Below, in pieces: positions 1 through 9,535 of a stretch of DNA of 64,000 bases. Positions within the stretch are counted from its first letter, which is position 1, and every line of letters starts with the position of its first letter. The translations under genes and the position numbers were made by a program. The notes under the pieces were generated by a model that saw nothing but the letters and a program-made list of their open reading frames with translations, ran no database searches and was not told where the DNA came from. The DNA comes from Verrucomicrobiia bacterium (GTDB taxonomy: Bacteria; Verrucomicrobiota; Verrucomicrobiia; Limisphaerales; UBA1319), in contig OY760937.1 of NCBI GenBank assembly GCA_963664225.1, positions 3,264,001 to 3,328,000 on the forward strand. Direction: 5' to 3'.

Positions 1-25
1 CCGGTTTGCAAATAAAAAACAACCG

Positions 26-607
26 CATCCCGGAGGGATGCCAGATTTTGCGCTATGTCTTCGACATACCTGAGTTTGCATTATCATATCGTGTTCTCCA
101 CCAAGAATCGGGAGAATCTGATCGCGCCGACTTGGAACTCACGGCTTCACGAATACCTTGGCGGGACGATTCGCGGGCTTGGAGGTTATCCCCAGTGCAT
201 TGGAGGTGTGAGGGATCATGTTCATATCCTTGCGGGTTTTAATGCCGTGCATTCTCTGGCTGAAATAATGCGCGAATTAAAAAAAGCATCTTCAATGTGG
301 ATTTATCAGGAGATGGCTTTGAAATCGTTCGCATGGCAGGAAGGTTACGCCGCCTTTACTGTAAGCGCTCCCGCCAGCGATGCAGTGCGGAACTACATTT
401 CCAATCAGGAAGAACACCATCGGATCAAAACATTTCGAGAAGAGTTGTTGGAGATGCTGAAAAGATCAGGTGTCGAATATGATGTGAAATACCTCGATTG
501 AATCTTCTGCGACCCCTGCCGGGGTCGCGTCCGATAACGTTGGTATCCGGGGGTGTCGGTCGAGGACGACTTAACCCCCGGCTAATCGCTGGCATCCCTC
601 CGGGATG
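26..607. repeat. Palindromic ends of the tnpA element
   Basis: catcccggagggatgccag (26-44) is the exact reverse complement of 589-607; further hairpins at 509-528 and 547-581. Confidence 0.85.
55..501 (+). mobile_element. tnpA: IS200/IS605-family (Y1 HUH) transposase, RAYT-like, no tnpB
   Basis: 148 aa; YHIVFSTKNR, HUH motif DHVHIL, WQEGY and YISNQEEHH; flanked by palindromes. Confidence 0.92.
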
Positions 608-732
608 ATGGGTAAATCCAGAACAGTGCATTTTTACCATTACCGGCCAGATTGATGGCCTGAAAGTCGAATGTTTTGTCTGCCGTAACAGCGCAATCAC
701 CCCGCAGTATTTGACGGCCGGATCGGAAGAAC

Positions 733-827
733 AAACCCGGCGGGTTTGAAGAAATTAGCCGGTGGCGAGCGAAGCCACACCACCGGTTGACGAATATAAA
801 AACAAGCTGCATCGCGGAGGATGCCAG
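733..827 (+). repeat. Degenerate second copy of the tnpA left-end structure
   Basis: aaacccggcgggttt, then attagccggtgg...ccaccgg, then gcatcgcggaggatgccag; 783-827 resembles 1-44. Confidence 0.65.
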
Positions 828-830
828 TTA

Positions 831-2054
831 TCAGACCTCGTCGAGAAGGTGGGAGAACATGCCGTCGCGCAGCTTGGGTTCAAACCAGGTGCTCTTGGGG
901 GGCATGATGCCGCCGCCATCGGCGATGGCCATCAATTCCTCGATGCCCGTCGGATACATGGAAAAGGCGCACGCGCACGCGCCACTATTGACCAGCTTCT
1001 CCAATTCCGCAGTGCCACGAATGCCGCCAACGAATTGAATGCGCTGGCTGGTGCGCGGATCGTCGATGCCCAGCATGGGGGCCAGCACATGCCGCTGCAA
1101 AAGACTCACATCGAGACGGTCAATGGGATCGGGCGCCTGGGTCAAAGCTTCGCGGAAGACCAGTCCGTGCCATTTTCGCTGAATGAACAGGCCCACCTGA
1201 TGCGTGCGCGTGGGAGATGGAGCCGCCGTTTTCTGAAATTCAAACACCGTTTCCAATTCCTTTAGAAACGCCTCCGGGGGGCGGCCATTCAAATCCTTCA
1301 ACACCCGGTTGTAGGGGAGGATTTGCATCTGGTTATGCGGAAAGATCACGCTCAGAAACCATCCGCTGGAGCCCGCGCCGTGTCGCGCCTGCCACACCCG
1401 CCAGGCAGCCGCGCTGCGATGATGGCCATCGGCGATATAGAGGGGATTGATGCCCGCGAACTCTTTTTCAACGTGCTCGATCACCGCCGGTTCCTTGATG
1501 ACCCACGCCTGATGACGCACCCCGTCCGGGGCGACAAAATCGATGTCCGCCTGGTCCGTGGCGATCTTCGCGAAAAGCGCGTCGAGCGCGGGCCGCGCGC
1601 GATAGGTCAGGAAGACGGGTCCGGTCTGGGCGTCCAGGGCGTCGATGTGATTGACGCGGTCCTGCTCCTTGTCGGGGCGGGTCAGCTCGTGTTTTTTGAT
1701 CACGTTCGCGCCGTAGTCCTCGCAACTGGCCACGGCCACCAGTCCCAGTTGGGAATGCGCGCCCATGACCTGGCGGTACAGGTAGAAACAGGGCGTTTCC
1801 TCGCGCCGCAATGCGCCGGTGACGGATAGTTTTCGGAAATTCTCGCGACCCTTGGAATACACCAACGGATCATGCACATCGATTGTGGCGGGCAGGTCGA
1901 TCTCCGGTTTGCTGACGTGCAGGAAACTGAGCGGATTGCCTGCGGCCATGACGCGGGCCTCGTCCGAGGACATCACGTCATAGGGCAATTCACAAATCCT
2001 GGCGGCCAATCCGGGATTGGGCCGCAACGCGCGAAATGGTCTGATGTGCGACAT
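831..2054 (-). CDS. DUF1015 family protein
   Basis: PFRALRP, PYDV, IKKHELT, YIADGHHR, MPPKSTWFEPKLRDG; start set at MSHIRPF. Confidence 0.9.
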   Translation of the reverse strand: MSHIRPFRALRPNPGLAARICELPYDVMSSDEARVMAAGNPLSFLHVSKPEIDLPATIDVHDPLVYSKGRENFRKLSVTGALRREETPCFYLYRQVMGAHSQLGLVAVASCEDYGANVIKKHELTRPDKEQDRVNHIDALDAQTGPVFLTYRARPALDALFAKIATDQADIDFVAPDGVRHQAWVIKEPAVIEHVEKEFAGINPLYIADGHHRSAAAWRVWQARHGAGSSGWFLSVIFPHNQMQILPYNRVLKDLNGRPPEAFLKELETVFEFQKTAAPSPTRTHQVGLFIQRKWHGLVFREALTQAPDPIDRLDVSLLQRHVLAPMLGIDDPRTSQRIQFVGGIRGTAELEKLVNSGACACAFSMYPTGIEELMAIADGGGIMPPKSTWFEPKLRDGMFSHLLDEV

Positions 2055-2218
2055 AAATTCGGGGACAACCCTACGCGGAAATGTTGAGCCGCGCATCAGG
2101 AAAATACGGGCTTAAAATGTTGAGGGTGCAGGACAAAACTCCATCGCTCCATTTGGACGTTGAAAAATCCGGGTCTTCGCCTAAGGGTATGGGGATTGTA
2201 ACAACACGAGGTGTGATT

Positions 2219-3364
2219 ATGGATAATTTTGAATATCAGAATCCGGTAAAAATTGTTTTTGGAAAAGAGGCCATTGCCAAACTCGGCGAATTGGTTCCCG
2301 CGCGGCGCAAGATCCTCATGACCTACGGCGGCGGGTCGATCAAGAGCAACGGCGTCTTTGCCCAGGTTAAACAGGCCCTGGCTGGCCGCACGCTGATCGA
2401 ATTCGGCGGGATCGAGCCGAATCCCCGTTACGAGACCCTGATGAAGGCGGTGGAAATCTGTCGCGAGAAAAAGGTGACCTACCTGCTGTCCGTGGGCGGA
2501 GGGTCGGTGCTGGACGGCACGAAATTCATCGCGCTGGCGGCTCAATACACCGCGGGCGATCCCTGGGACATCCTGGCCAAAAACGCGCCGGCCACGGAGG
2601 CCCTGCCCATCGGCTGCGTTTTGACGCTGCCCGCCACCGGCTCGGAAATGAATTGTTTCTCGGTGGTCTCCCGGGAATCGACCCATGAGAAACTCGCGTT
2701 TGCCAATCCGCTGGTGTTCCCGCAATTTTCGGTGCTCGATCCAGAGACCACGTTCACGCTGCCGGTGCAGCAGACGCGCAACGGTGTGGTGGACGCCTTC
2801 GCGCATGTGATGGAGCAATACATGACGCGTCCGGCGAGCGCGCCGCTGCAGGACCGCCAGGCTGAGGCCATCCTGCACACGCTGGTGGAGGAAGGCCCCA
2901 AAGTGCTCGCCACTCCCGAGGATTACGCGGCCCGCGCGAATATCATGTGGTGCGCCACGCAGGCTCTCAACGGGCTGATTTCCTGCGGCTTGCCCCAGGA
3001 TTGGACCACGCACATGATCGGCCACGAAATCACCGCGCTGCACGGGCTGGACCATGCGCAGACGCTCGCCGTGGTCATGCCCGCGGTTTGGAAGCATCAG
3101 AAGCAGGTGAAATCCGCCAAGCTCGCGCAGTACGGCAAACGCATTTGGGGTGTGGATGGCGCCAACGCCGCAGACCTCGCCATCGAAAAAACCGAGGGCT
3201 TCTTCCGCTCGCTGGGCGTGAAGACCCGCCTCTCGGAATATGGCGTGGACGGGAAGAACTTCGAGGAGATCGGCAACCGCATCGAGAAGCGCGGTCTCAA
3301 GCTGGGCGAGAACCAGGCGATCGGCAAAAAGGAAATCATCGAGATTCTCGAGCTCTGCAAATAA
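2219..3364 (+). CDS. Iron-containing alcohol dehydrogenase (YqhD/BdhA-like)
   Basis: GGGSIK, EPNP, GGGSVLDGTK, TGSEMN, metal-binding H residues (DAFAH, THMIGH, GLDHA). Confidence 0.93.
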   Translation: MDNFEYQNPVKIVFGKEAIAKLGELVPARRKILMTYGGGSIKSNGVFAQVKQALAGRTLIEFGGIEPNPRYETLMKAVEICREKKVTYLLSVGGGSVLDGTKFIALAAQYTAGDPWDILAKNAPATEALPIGCVLTLPATGSEMNCFSVVSRESTHEKLAFANPLVFPQFSVLDPETTFTLPVQQTRNGVVDAFAHVMEQYMTRPASAPLQDRQAEAILHTLVEEGPKVLATPEDYAARANIMWCATQALNGLISCGLPQDWTTHMIGHEITALHGLDHAQTLAVVMPAVWKHQKQVKSAKLAQYGKRIWGVDGANAADLAIEKTEGFFRSLGVKTRLSEYGVDGKNFEEIGNRIEKRGLKLGENQAIGKKEIIEILELCK

Positions 3365-3409
3365 ACAATTCGCATGTCCAGGAACCATCGGGATAAGCCC
3401 GCGTAAAAT

Positions 3410-4387
3410 ATGAAAATTCAAGGTCTCTTCGTGGCGTTGGTTTTTTGCGCGCCGATGGTTCCCGCGCAGGAGGAGACCCTGGATCTCAATAACCTTATTA
3501 CCGCGGGCAAGGAATGGGCGCAGGACAATCTGGATGATCGCGTGCTGGGCGCGCTGGGCAATGTCGATGAGGCGAAAGTGGGTGAATTCCTCAATGTCTT
3601 TCAGAAGGAACTGGCGGGGGATCGCGTTCTGGACCTCGCGGCGCTCCGAACAAAGGCCACCCTGTTTTTGCCGCTGTTGGAGTCCCATCCCCAGACGCAG
3701 CCCTATGCCAAATGGCTCAAGACCCGCATGGATTATTTCACGGCGGCGGAAACTCTGAAACAACGCAGCGCGGCGGTGACACCCGCCAAACCCACCACGC
3801 CCTCCACCAAGCCCACAAAACCGACCAAGCCCGTCACTCCTTCACTGCCGGTGGCGAATCCATCCGCGGAAGCCCAGCGGCAGGTCTGGCGCGAGCAACT
3901 GGCCAAACGCCCCGCGCCCGTTGAAGCCCAGCCGATGGTTCCCCGGCTCAAGACCGTGTTCAACGCGGAGAAGACGCCGTCACAATTGGTCTGGCTGGCG
4001 GAAGTGGAGTCCTCGTTCAATCCCTCGGCACGGAGCCCATCGGGCGCCACCGGTCTTTTCCAGATGATGCCCGCCACCGCACAACGCCTGGGCCTGTCGT
4101 TACGACCGCAGGACGAGCGGGTGAATCCCGAGAAAAGCGCCCACGCCGCCGCCCGCTATCTGAATTATCTGCATGGCAAGTTCAAGAACTGGCCGCTGGC
4201 CCTGGCCGCCTACAATGCCGGGGAGGGCAATGTTCAGAAATTGTTGACCAAACATAACGCCAAAACATTTGATGGCATCGCCACGCATCTGCCCGCTGAA
4301 ACGCAGATGTATGTCCCCAAAATCGATGCCACGCTGCAAAAACGGGAGGGCGTGAGCCTGGCCCAATTGCGCGCGCCCCGGGCCTAA
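3410..4387 (+). CDS. Lytic transglycosylase (SLT/MltD-like), secreted
   Basis: Signal peptide; AEVESSF, GLFQMMP, ALAAYNAGEG, ETQMYV; P/T/K-rich linker. Confidence 0.9.
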   Translation: MKIQGLFVALVFCAPMVPAQEETLDLNNLITAGKEWAQDNLDDRVLGALGNVDEAKVGEFLNVFQKELAGDRVLDLAALRTKATLFLPLLESHPQTQPYAKWLKTRMDYFTAAETLKQRSAAVTPAKPTTPSTKPTKPTKPVTPSLPVANPSAEAQRQVWREQLAKRPAPVEAQPMVPRLKTVFNAEKTPSQLVWLAEVESSFNPSARSPSGATGLFQMMPATAQRLGLSLRPQDERVNPEKSAHAAARYLNYLHGKFKNWPLALAAYNAGEGNVQKLLTKHNAKTFDGIATHLPAETQMYVPKIDATLQKREGVSLAQLRAPRA

Positions 4388-4404
4388 GCAATGACCTGCG
4401 TACC

Positions 4405-5568
4405 ATGACCTCGAACCCGCAAAAACCGCTGCGCGTTCTGATCGTCCCCGACAAATTCAAGGGCACACTGACCGCGTCGGAAGCGGCCGAAGCCATCGCG
4501 CGCGGCTGGCGGCGCATTCGCCCGAAGGACCACCTGACACTGTGCCCGATGAGCGATGGCGGGGACGGATTCGGGAGCGTGACCGGGCAGGCCCTTCACG
4601 CGGAAAAGCGAACCACCATCACCGTGGATGCCGCGCATCGGCCCCTCAAAGCCACCTGGTGGTGGTCGGCGAAAACCCGCACGGCGATTGTCGAATCCGC
4701 CCGGGTCATCGGCCTGGCGCAGTTGCCGCCGGGGCGTTATCACCCTTTTGATTTGGACACCGCAGGCCTGGCCGCTGTGTTTCAGGATGCGGTGAAACTG
4801 GGAGCCCGGAAGTGCTGGATCGGCATCGGCGGCAGCGCCACGAACGACGCCGGCTTCGGTCTGGCGCGCGCGCTGGGCTGGAGTTTCTGGACGCGACAGG
4901 GCGCGCCCATCGAACGCTGGACCGATCTGCATCGGCTGACGTGGGTCGAATCCCCTGAGTCCCTCCGACTGCCCGAGCTGCATGTGGCGGTGGACGTGCG
5001 CAACACCCTGCTGGGAGTGCATGGCGCGTCGCGGGTCTATGGACCGCAGAAGGGGCTGACCCCTGCCGATTTTCCGCTCGCCGAGAGCTGTTTTAAACGT
5101 CTGCGCAAGGTGATGCGGGATTACCATGGCGCGGACCTGGCGCGGGAACCCGGAACCGGTGCGGCGGGAGGTTTGGGCTTCGGATTGCGCGCATTCCTGA
5201 ACGCGAAGCTGGAGTCGGGATTCGAGGTGTTTGCGAGTGCGACCAATTTGCGCGCGGCTGTGAAATCGGCGGACCTGGTGCTGACCGGCGAAGGTGCAAT
5301 CGATGCCTCCACGGTGATGGGCAAGGGCGTGGGGGAAGTGGCGCGGCTGTGCCGGAAAAGCGGCGTGCCGTGTTTTGGCCTCGGGGGCGGCACCGAGAGA
5401 ATTCCGAAAGTGGAGAAGGCGTTCACCTCCGTGTTTGGAATCGTCCCCGATTTGACCAGCCTGCAGGAGGCGAAAAAACGGCCTGCCCATTGGTTGGAAA
5501 AACTGGCTGGAGAAGTTGGCGGCGCAGGTGGCAATCCGTGTGCGATGACGAAAAAAAAGACCCTGTAA
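4405..5568 (+). CDS. glxK: Glycerate kinase
   Basis: PDKFKGTL, DGGDG, IGGSATNDAG, GAAGGLG, TGEGAID. Confidence 0.92.
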   Translation: MTSNPQKPLRVLIVPDKFKGTLTASEAAEAIARGWRRIRPKDHLTLCPMSDGGDGFGSVTGQALHAEKRTTITVDAAHRPLKATWWWSAKTRTAIVESARVIGLAQLPPGRYHPFDLDTAGLAAVFQDAVKLGARKCWIGIGGSATNDAGFGLARALGWSFWTRQGAPIERWTDLHRLTWVESPESLRLPELHVAVDVRNTLLGVHGASRVYGPQKGLTPADFPLAESCFKRLRKVMRDYHGADLAREPGTGAAGGLGFGLRAFLNAKLESGFEVFASATNLRAAVKSADLVLTGEGAIDASTVMGKGVGEVARLCRKSGVPCFGLGGGTERIPKVEKAFTSVFGIVPDLTSLQEAKKRPAHWLEKLAGEVGGAGGNPCAMTKKKTL

Positions 5569-5579
5569 AAACAGGGTCT
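5551..5579 (-). terminator. Intrinsic terminator for clpX
   Basis: A8 then gaccctgt-aaaa-acagggtc, between convergent genes. Confidence 0.8.
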
Positions 5580-5603
5580 CTCGTTAAATCATTAAAACAG
5601 GTT

Positions 5604-6896
5604 TTACGCCGCAGCCTGGTCCTGCTTGAGATGCATGATCGGCTTGCTTTCGCCGGTGACGGCCTGGCGCGTGATGGTCACCGAGACCACGTTCTTGTTG
5701 CTGGGCACCTCGTACATCACCTCGAGCATCAAGCGCTCGATCAGACCACGCAGGGCGCGGGCGCCGGTTCCCTTCTTGATCGCCTGGGCGGCGAGTTCCT
5801 TCAAGGCGTCCGTTGAAAATTCCAATTCCACATCCTCCAGCGACATCAGCTTGATGTACTGCTTGGTGAGCGCGTTCTTGGTGTCGGTAAGAATGGTGAC
5901 CAACTGTTCCTCGGTCAGTTCATCCAGAACGGTGATCATGGGCAGGCGGCCGATGAACTCGGGAATGAACCCGTAGTTGAGGAGATCCTCCGGCTCGACC
6001 TTGTGCATGATTTTATGCGTGTCCAGCGCGGCGGTCGCCACACCCTGTTCCGCTGCGGAAAATCCCATCACGCGATTGCCCAGCCGCCGCTGAATGATCT
6101 TGTCCAGACCGACAAACGCGCCCCCGCAGATGAAAAGGATGTTCGTGGTATCGACGCGAATGTATTCCTGCTGCGGATGCTTGCGTCCGCCCTGGGGCGG
6201 CACGTTGCAAATGGTCCCCTCGAGGATCTTGAGCAACGCCTGCTGCACGCCCTCGCCCGAGACATCCCGCGTGATGGAGACGTTCTCGGTTTTGCGGGCG
6301 ATCTTGTCAATTTCATCGATGTAAACGATGCCCATCTGGGCGCGTTTGACATCGTAATCGGCATTCTGGAGCAGCCGGAGCACGATATTCTCCACATCCT
6401 CGCCCACGTAGCCGGCCTCGGTGAGTGTGGTGGCATCGGCAATGGCAAAGGGTACATCCAGGGCCTTGGCCAGGGTGCGCGCCAAAAGCGTCTTGCCCGA
6501 GCCTGTGGGGCCGATCATCAGGATGTTGCTCTTCTCGATATCCACGCCGTCATGACGCGTCGGAGCCGGAGCTTCCGCACCCTCCGGCACCGCCGGGGGC
6601 TGGATCGACTGGATGCGCTTGTAATGATTATGAACCGCCACCGCGAGGGTCTTCTTGGAGAAATCCTGACCCACGCAGAAATCGTCCAGCCGATGCTTGA
6701 TGTCCGCGGGCCGCGTGAGCTTCAGCTTGAAGGCCGGTTTCTTGGTGTCGGCGGCGGCCTCCTTGTCGAGGATGGTCTTGCAATAAACAATGCACGCGTC
6801 GCAGATGAAAACGCCCGGGCCGGAGATCAGTTTTTTGACCTCGGCGTGCGACTTGCCGCAGAAACTGCACAGCGTAAGATTGGTGGGACGAGCCAT
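5604..6896 (-). CDS. clpX: ATP-dependent Clp protease ATP-binding subunit
   Basis: Zn finger CSFCGK...[31 protein letters not shown]. Confidence 0.98.
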   Translation of the reverse strand: MARPTNLTLCSFCGKSHAEVKKLISGPGVFICDACIVYCKTILDKEAAADTKKPAFKLKLTRPADIKHRLDDFCVGQDFSKKTLAVAVHNHYKRIQSIQPPAVPEGAEAPAPTRHDGVDIEKSNILMIGPTGSGKTLLARTLAKALDVPFAIADATTLTEAGYVGEDVENIVLRLLQNADYDVKRAQMGIVYIDEIDKIARKTENVSITRDVSGEGVQQALLKILEGTICNVPPQGGRKHPQQEYIRVDTTNILFICGGAFVGLDKIIQRRLGNRVMGFSAAEQGVATAALDTHKIMHKVEPEDLLNYGFIPEFIGRLPMITVLDELTEEQLVTILTDTKNALTKQYIKLMSLEDVELEFSTDALKELAAQAIKKGTGARALRGLIERLMLEVMYEVPSNKNVVSVTITRQAVTGESKPIMHLKQDQAAA

Positions 6897-7597
6897 TATC
6901 GTGACGTGGTTGAGCCGGAGGAGGAACCGGCGGCTGGTCCGTTATCCACCTGGGGGGCTGGGCCGCCGCTCAGGTCCGTGGCGCGGGCGTCCGCCAAAGC
7001 GGGGATTTCCTTGCGCGATTTCACCACTTCATCCACCAGGCCGTAATCGCGGGCCTCTTCCGGGGACATGAAATTATCGCGATCGCAATCCTTCTCCACC
7101 TGCTCAATCGGCCGTCCGCAGTGGTGGGCGATGATCTGGTTCAGGCGCTGCTTGAGCCGCAGCATGTATTTGACGCGGATTTCCACATCGCTGGCGGGGC
7201 CTTCCGCGCCGCCCAGGATCTGGTGGATCATGATGTTCGAGTTGGGCAGGGAGAACCGCTTGCCCTTGGTGCCGCCGCACAGCAGCACCGCCCCCATGCT
7301 CGCGGCCTGGCCGATGCAATAGGTGTTCACATCGCAGGTGAGGAACTGCATGGTGTCGTAAATGGCCAGTCCGGCGGTGACGCTGCCGCCCGGGGAGTTG
7401 ATGTAAAGATGAATATCCTTCTTGGGATCGGTCATCTGCAGGAACAACAACTGGGCAATGACCACATTGGCCACCATGTCGTCCACAGGCGTGCCCAAAA
7501 AGACAATACGGTCCACCAACAGCCGGGAATAAATATCATAACCGCGTTCTCCGCGGCCCGTCTGCTCCACCACCATGGGTACGAGAAAATTTTGCAT
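6896..7597 (-). CDS. clpP: Clp protease proteolytic subunit
   Basis: YINSPGG, QAASMG, MIHQ, DRDNF; stop overlaps the clpX start. Confidence 0.98.
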   Translation of the reverse strand: MQNFLVPMVVEQTGRGERGYDIYSRLLVDRIVFLGTPVDDMVANVVIAQLLFLQMTDPKKDIHLYINSPGGSVTAGLAIYDTMQFLTCDVNTYCIGQAASMGAVLLCGGTKGKRFSLPNSNIMIHQILGGAEGPASDVEIRVKYMLRLKQRLNQIIAHHCGRPIEQVEKDCDRDNFMSPEEARDYGLVDEVVKSRKEIPALADARATDLSGGPAPQVDNGPAAGSSSGSTTSR

Positions 7598-7746
7598 CGT
7601 GCGTTAATTATTAACTGAGAACAAAACTACTGGAGGGGGTCCGAAGCGTCAAGCGCGGCACAAGGCGCCCAAATGGGTTGGGCGCACGACAAAATTCTTC
7701 AGAAAACCGAATAAGACCAAAAAATCCAGTGGAGTATATAAGGCGA

Positions 7747-9274
7747 CCGGTGTCTTCGGAGCGCCGGTCTCCTGACCGGCTTACGGTGTTCTCGAACCCA
7801 ACGTTTTCAAACACACCGTGATCCCCGCATGCCGGTGTCTTCGGAGCGCCGGTCTCCTGACCGGCTTACGGTGTTATTGAACCCAACGTTTTCAAACACA
7901 CCGTGATCCCCGCACGCCGGTGTCTTCGGTGCGCCGGTCTCCTGACCGGCTTGCGGTGTTCTCGAACCCAACGCTTTCAAACACACCGTGATCCCCGCAT
8001 GCCGGTGTCTTCGGTGCGCCGGTCTCCTGACCGGCTTACGGTGTTCTCGAGCCCATCGTTTTCAAATACACCGTGATCCCCGCACGCCGGTGTCTTCGGA
8101 GCGCCGGTCTCCTGACCGGCTTACGGTGTTCTCGAGCCCAACGTTTTCAAATACACCGTGATCCCCGCACGCCGGTGTCTTCGGTGCGCCGGTCTCCTGA
8201 CCGGCTTACGGTGTTATTGAACCCAACGTTTTCAAACACACCGTGATCCCCGCATGCCGGTGTCTTCGGTGCGCCGGTCTCCTGACCGGCTTAGCGTGTT
8301 CTCGAACCCAACGTTTTCAAACACACCGTGATCCCCGCATGCCGGTGTCTTCGGAGCGCCGGTCTCCTGACCGGCTTACGGTGTTCTCGAGCCCAACGTT
8401 TTCAAACACACCGTGATCTCCGCACACCGGTGTCATCGGTGCGCCGGTCTCCTGACCGGCTTACGGTGTTCTCGAACCCAACGTTTTCAAATACACCGTG
8501 ATCCCCGCATGCCGGTGTCTTCGGAGCGCCGGTCTCCTGACCGGCTTACGGTGTTATTGAACCCAACGTTTTCAAACACACCGTGATCCCCGCATGCCGG
8601 TGTCTTCGGAGCGCCGGTCTCCTGACCGGCTTACGGTGTTCTCGAACCCAACGTTTTCAAATACACCGTGATCCCCGCATGCCGGTGTCTTCGGTGCGCC
8701 GGTCTCCTGACCGGCTTACGGTGTTCTCGAGCCCAACGTTTTCAAACACACCGTGATCCCCGCATGCCAGTCTTCGGAGCGCCGGTCTCCTGACCGGCTT
8801 ACGGTGTTCTCGAGCCCAACGTTTTCAAACACACCGTAATCCTCGCATGCCGGTGTCTTCGGAGCGCCGGTCTCCTGACCGGCTTACGGTGTTCTCGAGC
8901 CCAACGTTTTCAAACACACCGTGATCCCCGCACGCCGGTGTCATCGGAGCGCCGGTCTCCTGACCGGCTTACGGTGTTCTCGAGCCCAACGTTTTCAAAC
9001 ACACCGTGATCCCCGCACGCCGGTGTCATCGGAGCGCCGGTCTCCTGACCGGCTTAGCGTGTTCTCGAACCCAACGTTTTCAAACACACCGTGATCCCCG
9101 CACGCCGGTGTCATCGGTGCGCCGGTCTCCTGACCGGCTTACGGTGTTCTCGAACCCAACGTTTTCAAACACACCGTGATCCCCGCACGCCGGTGTCTTC
9201 GGTGCGCCGGTCTCCTGACCGGCTTACGGTGTTCTCGAACCCAACGTTTTCAAACACACCGTGATCCCCGCACG
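7747..9274. repeat. Tandem array 1: 18 copies of an 85-bp unit (one is 83 bp)
   Basis: Unit ccggtgtcttcggWgcgccggtctcctgaccggcttacggtgttctcgaacccaacgttttcaaacacaccgtgatccccgcaYg starts at 7747, 7832, 7917 and so on; no unique spacers. Confidence 0.97.
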
Positions 9275-9279
9275 CCGGT

Positions 9280-9350
9280 TTTGCCGTTGCCTCAACGCCG
9301 TTAAAGAATCAGCCCACCTTTCCACACTCCTGATGTTTGTCATGCGCCCA
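9280..9350. repeat. Tail shared by both 85-bp arrays
   Basis: tgccgttgcctcaacgccgttWaagaatcagcccac...ttccacactcctgatKtttgtcatgc also found at ~29066-29144. Confidence 0.9.
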
Positions 9351-9535
9351 ATTCGGTTTCAACGGGCTTGCAAGGCTCACGCGGCGCTTTACACTCCAGC
9401 CAGGTCAATCAGCATAATACGCAGTTCATCCATTGAGCGCCGGAGCGGGGTCTGAGGCGAAACCGGAAAACCAGCCTTGTCATTTCAGTGCCAATGGTTT
9501 GAATACACCTTGTACTGCACTTGCGATGCAAAAAC

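Noticed and set aside
55..830. IS605-type element with tnpB/omegaRNA
   Set aside because: No tnpB or iscB ORF downstream of tnpA; the upstream side is outside the window.
7747..9274. CRISPR or TIGR-like guide array
   Set aside because: Units are near-identical along their whole length with no unique spacers; no cas or Tas-like gene is recognisable in the window.
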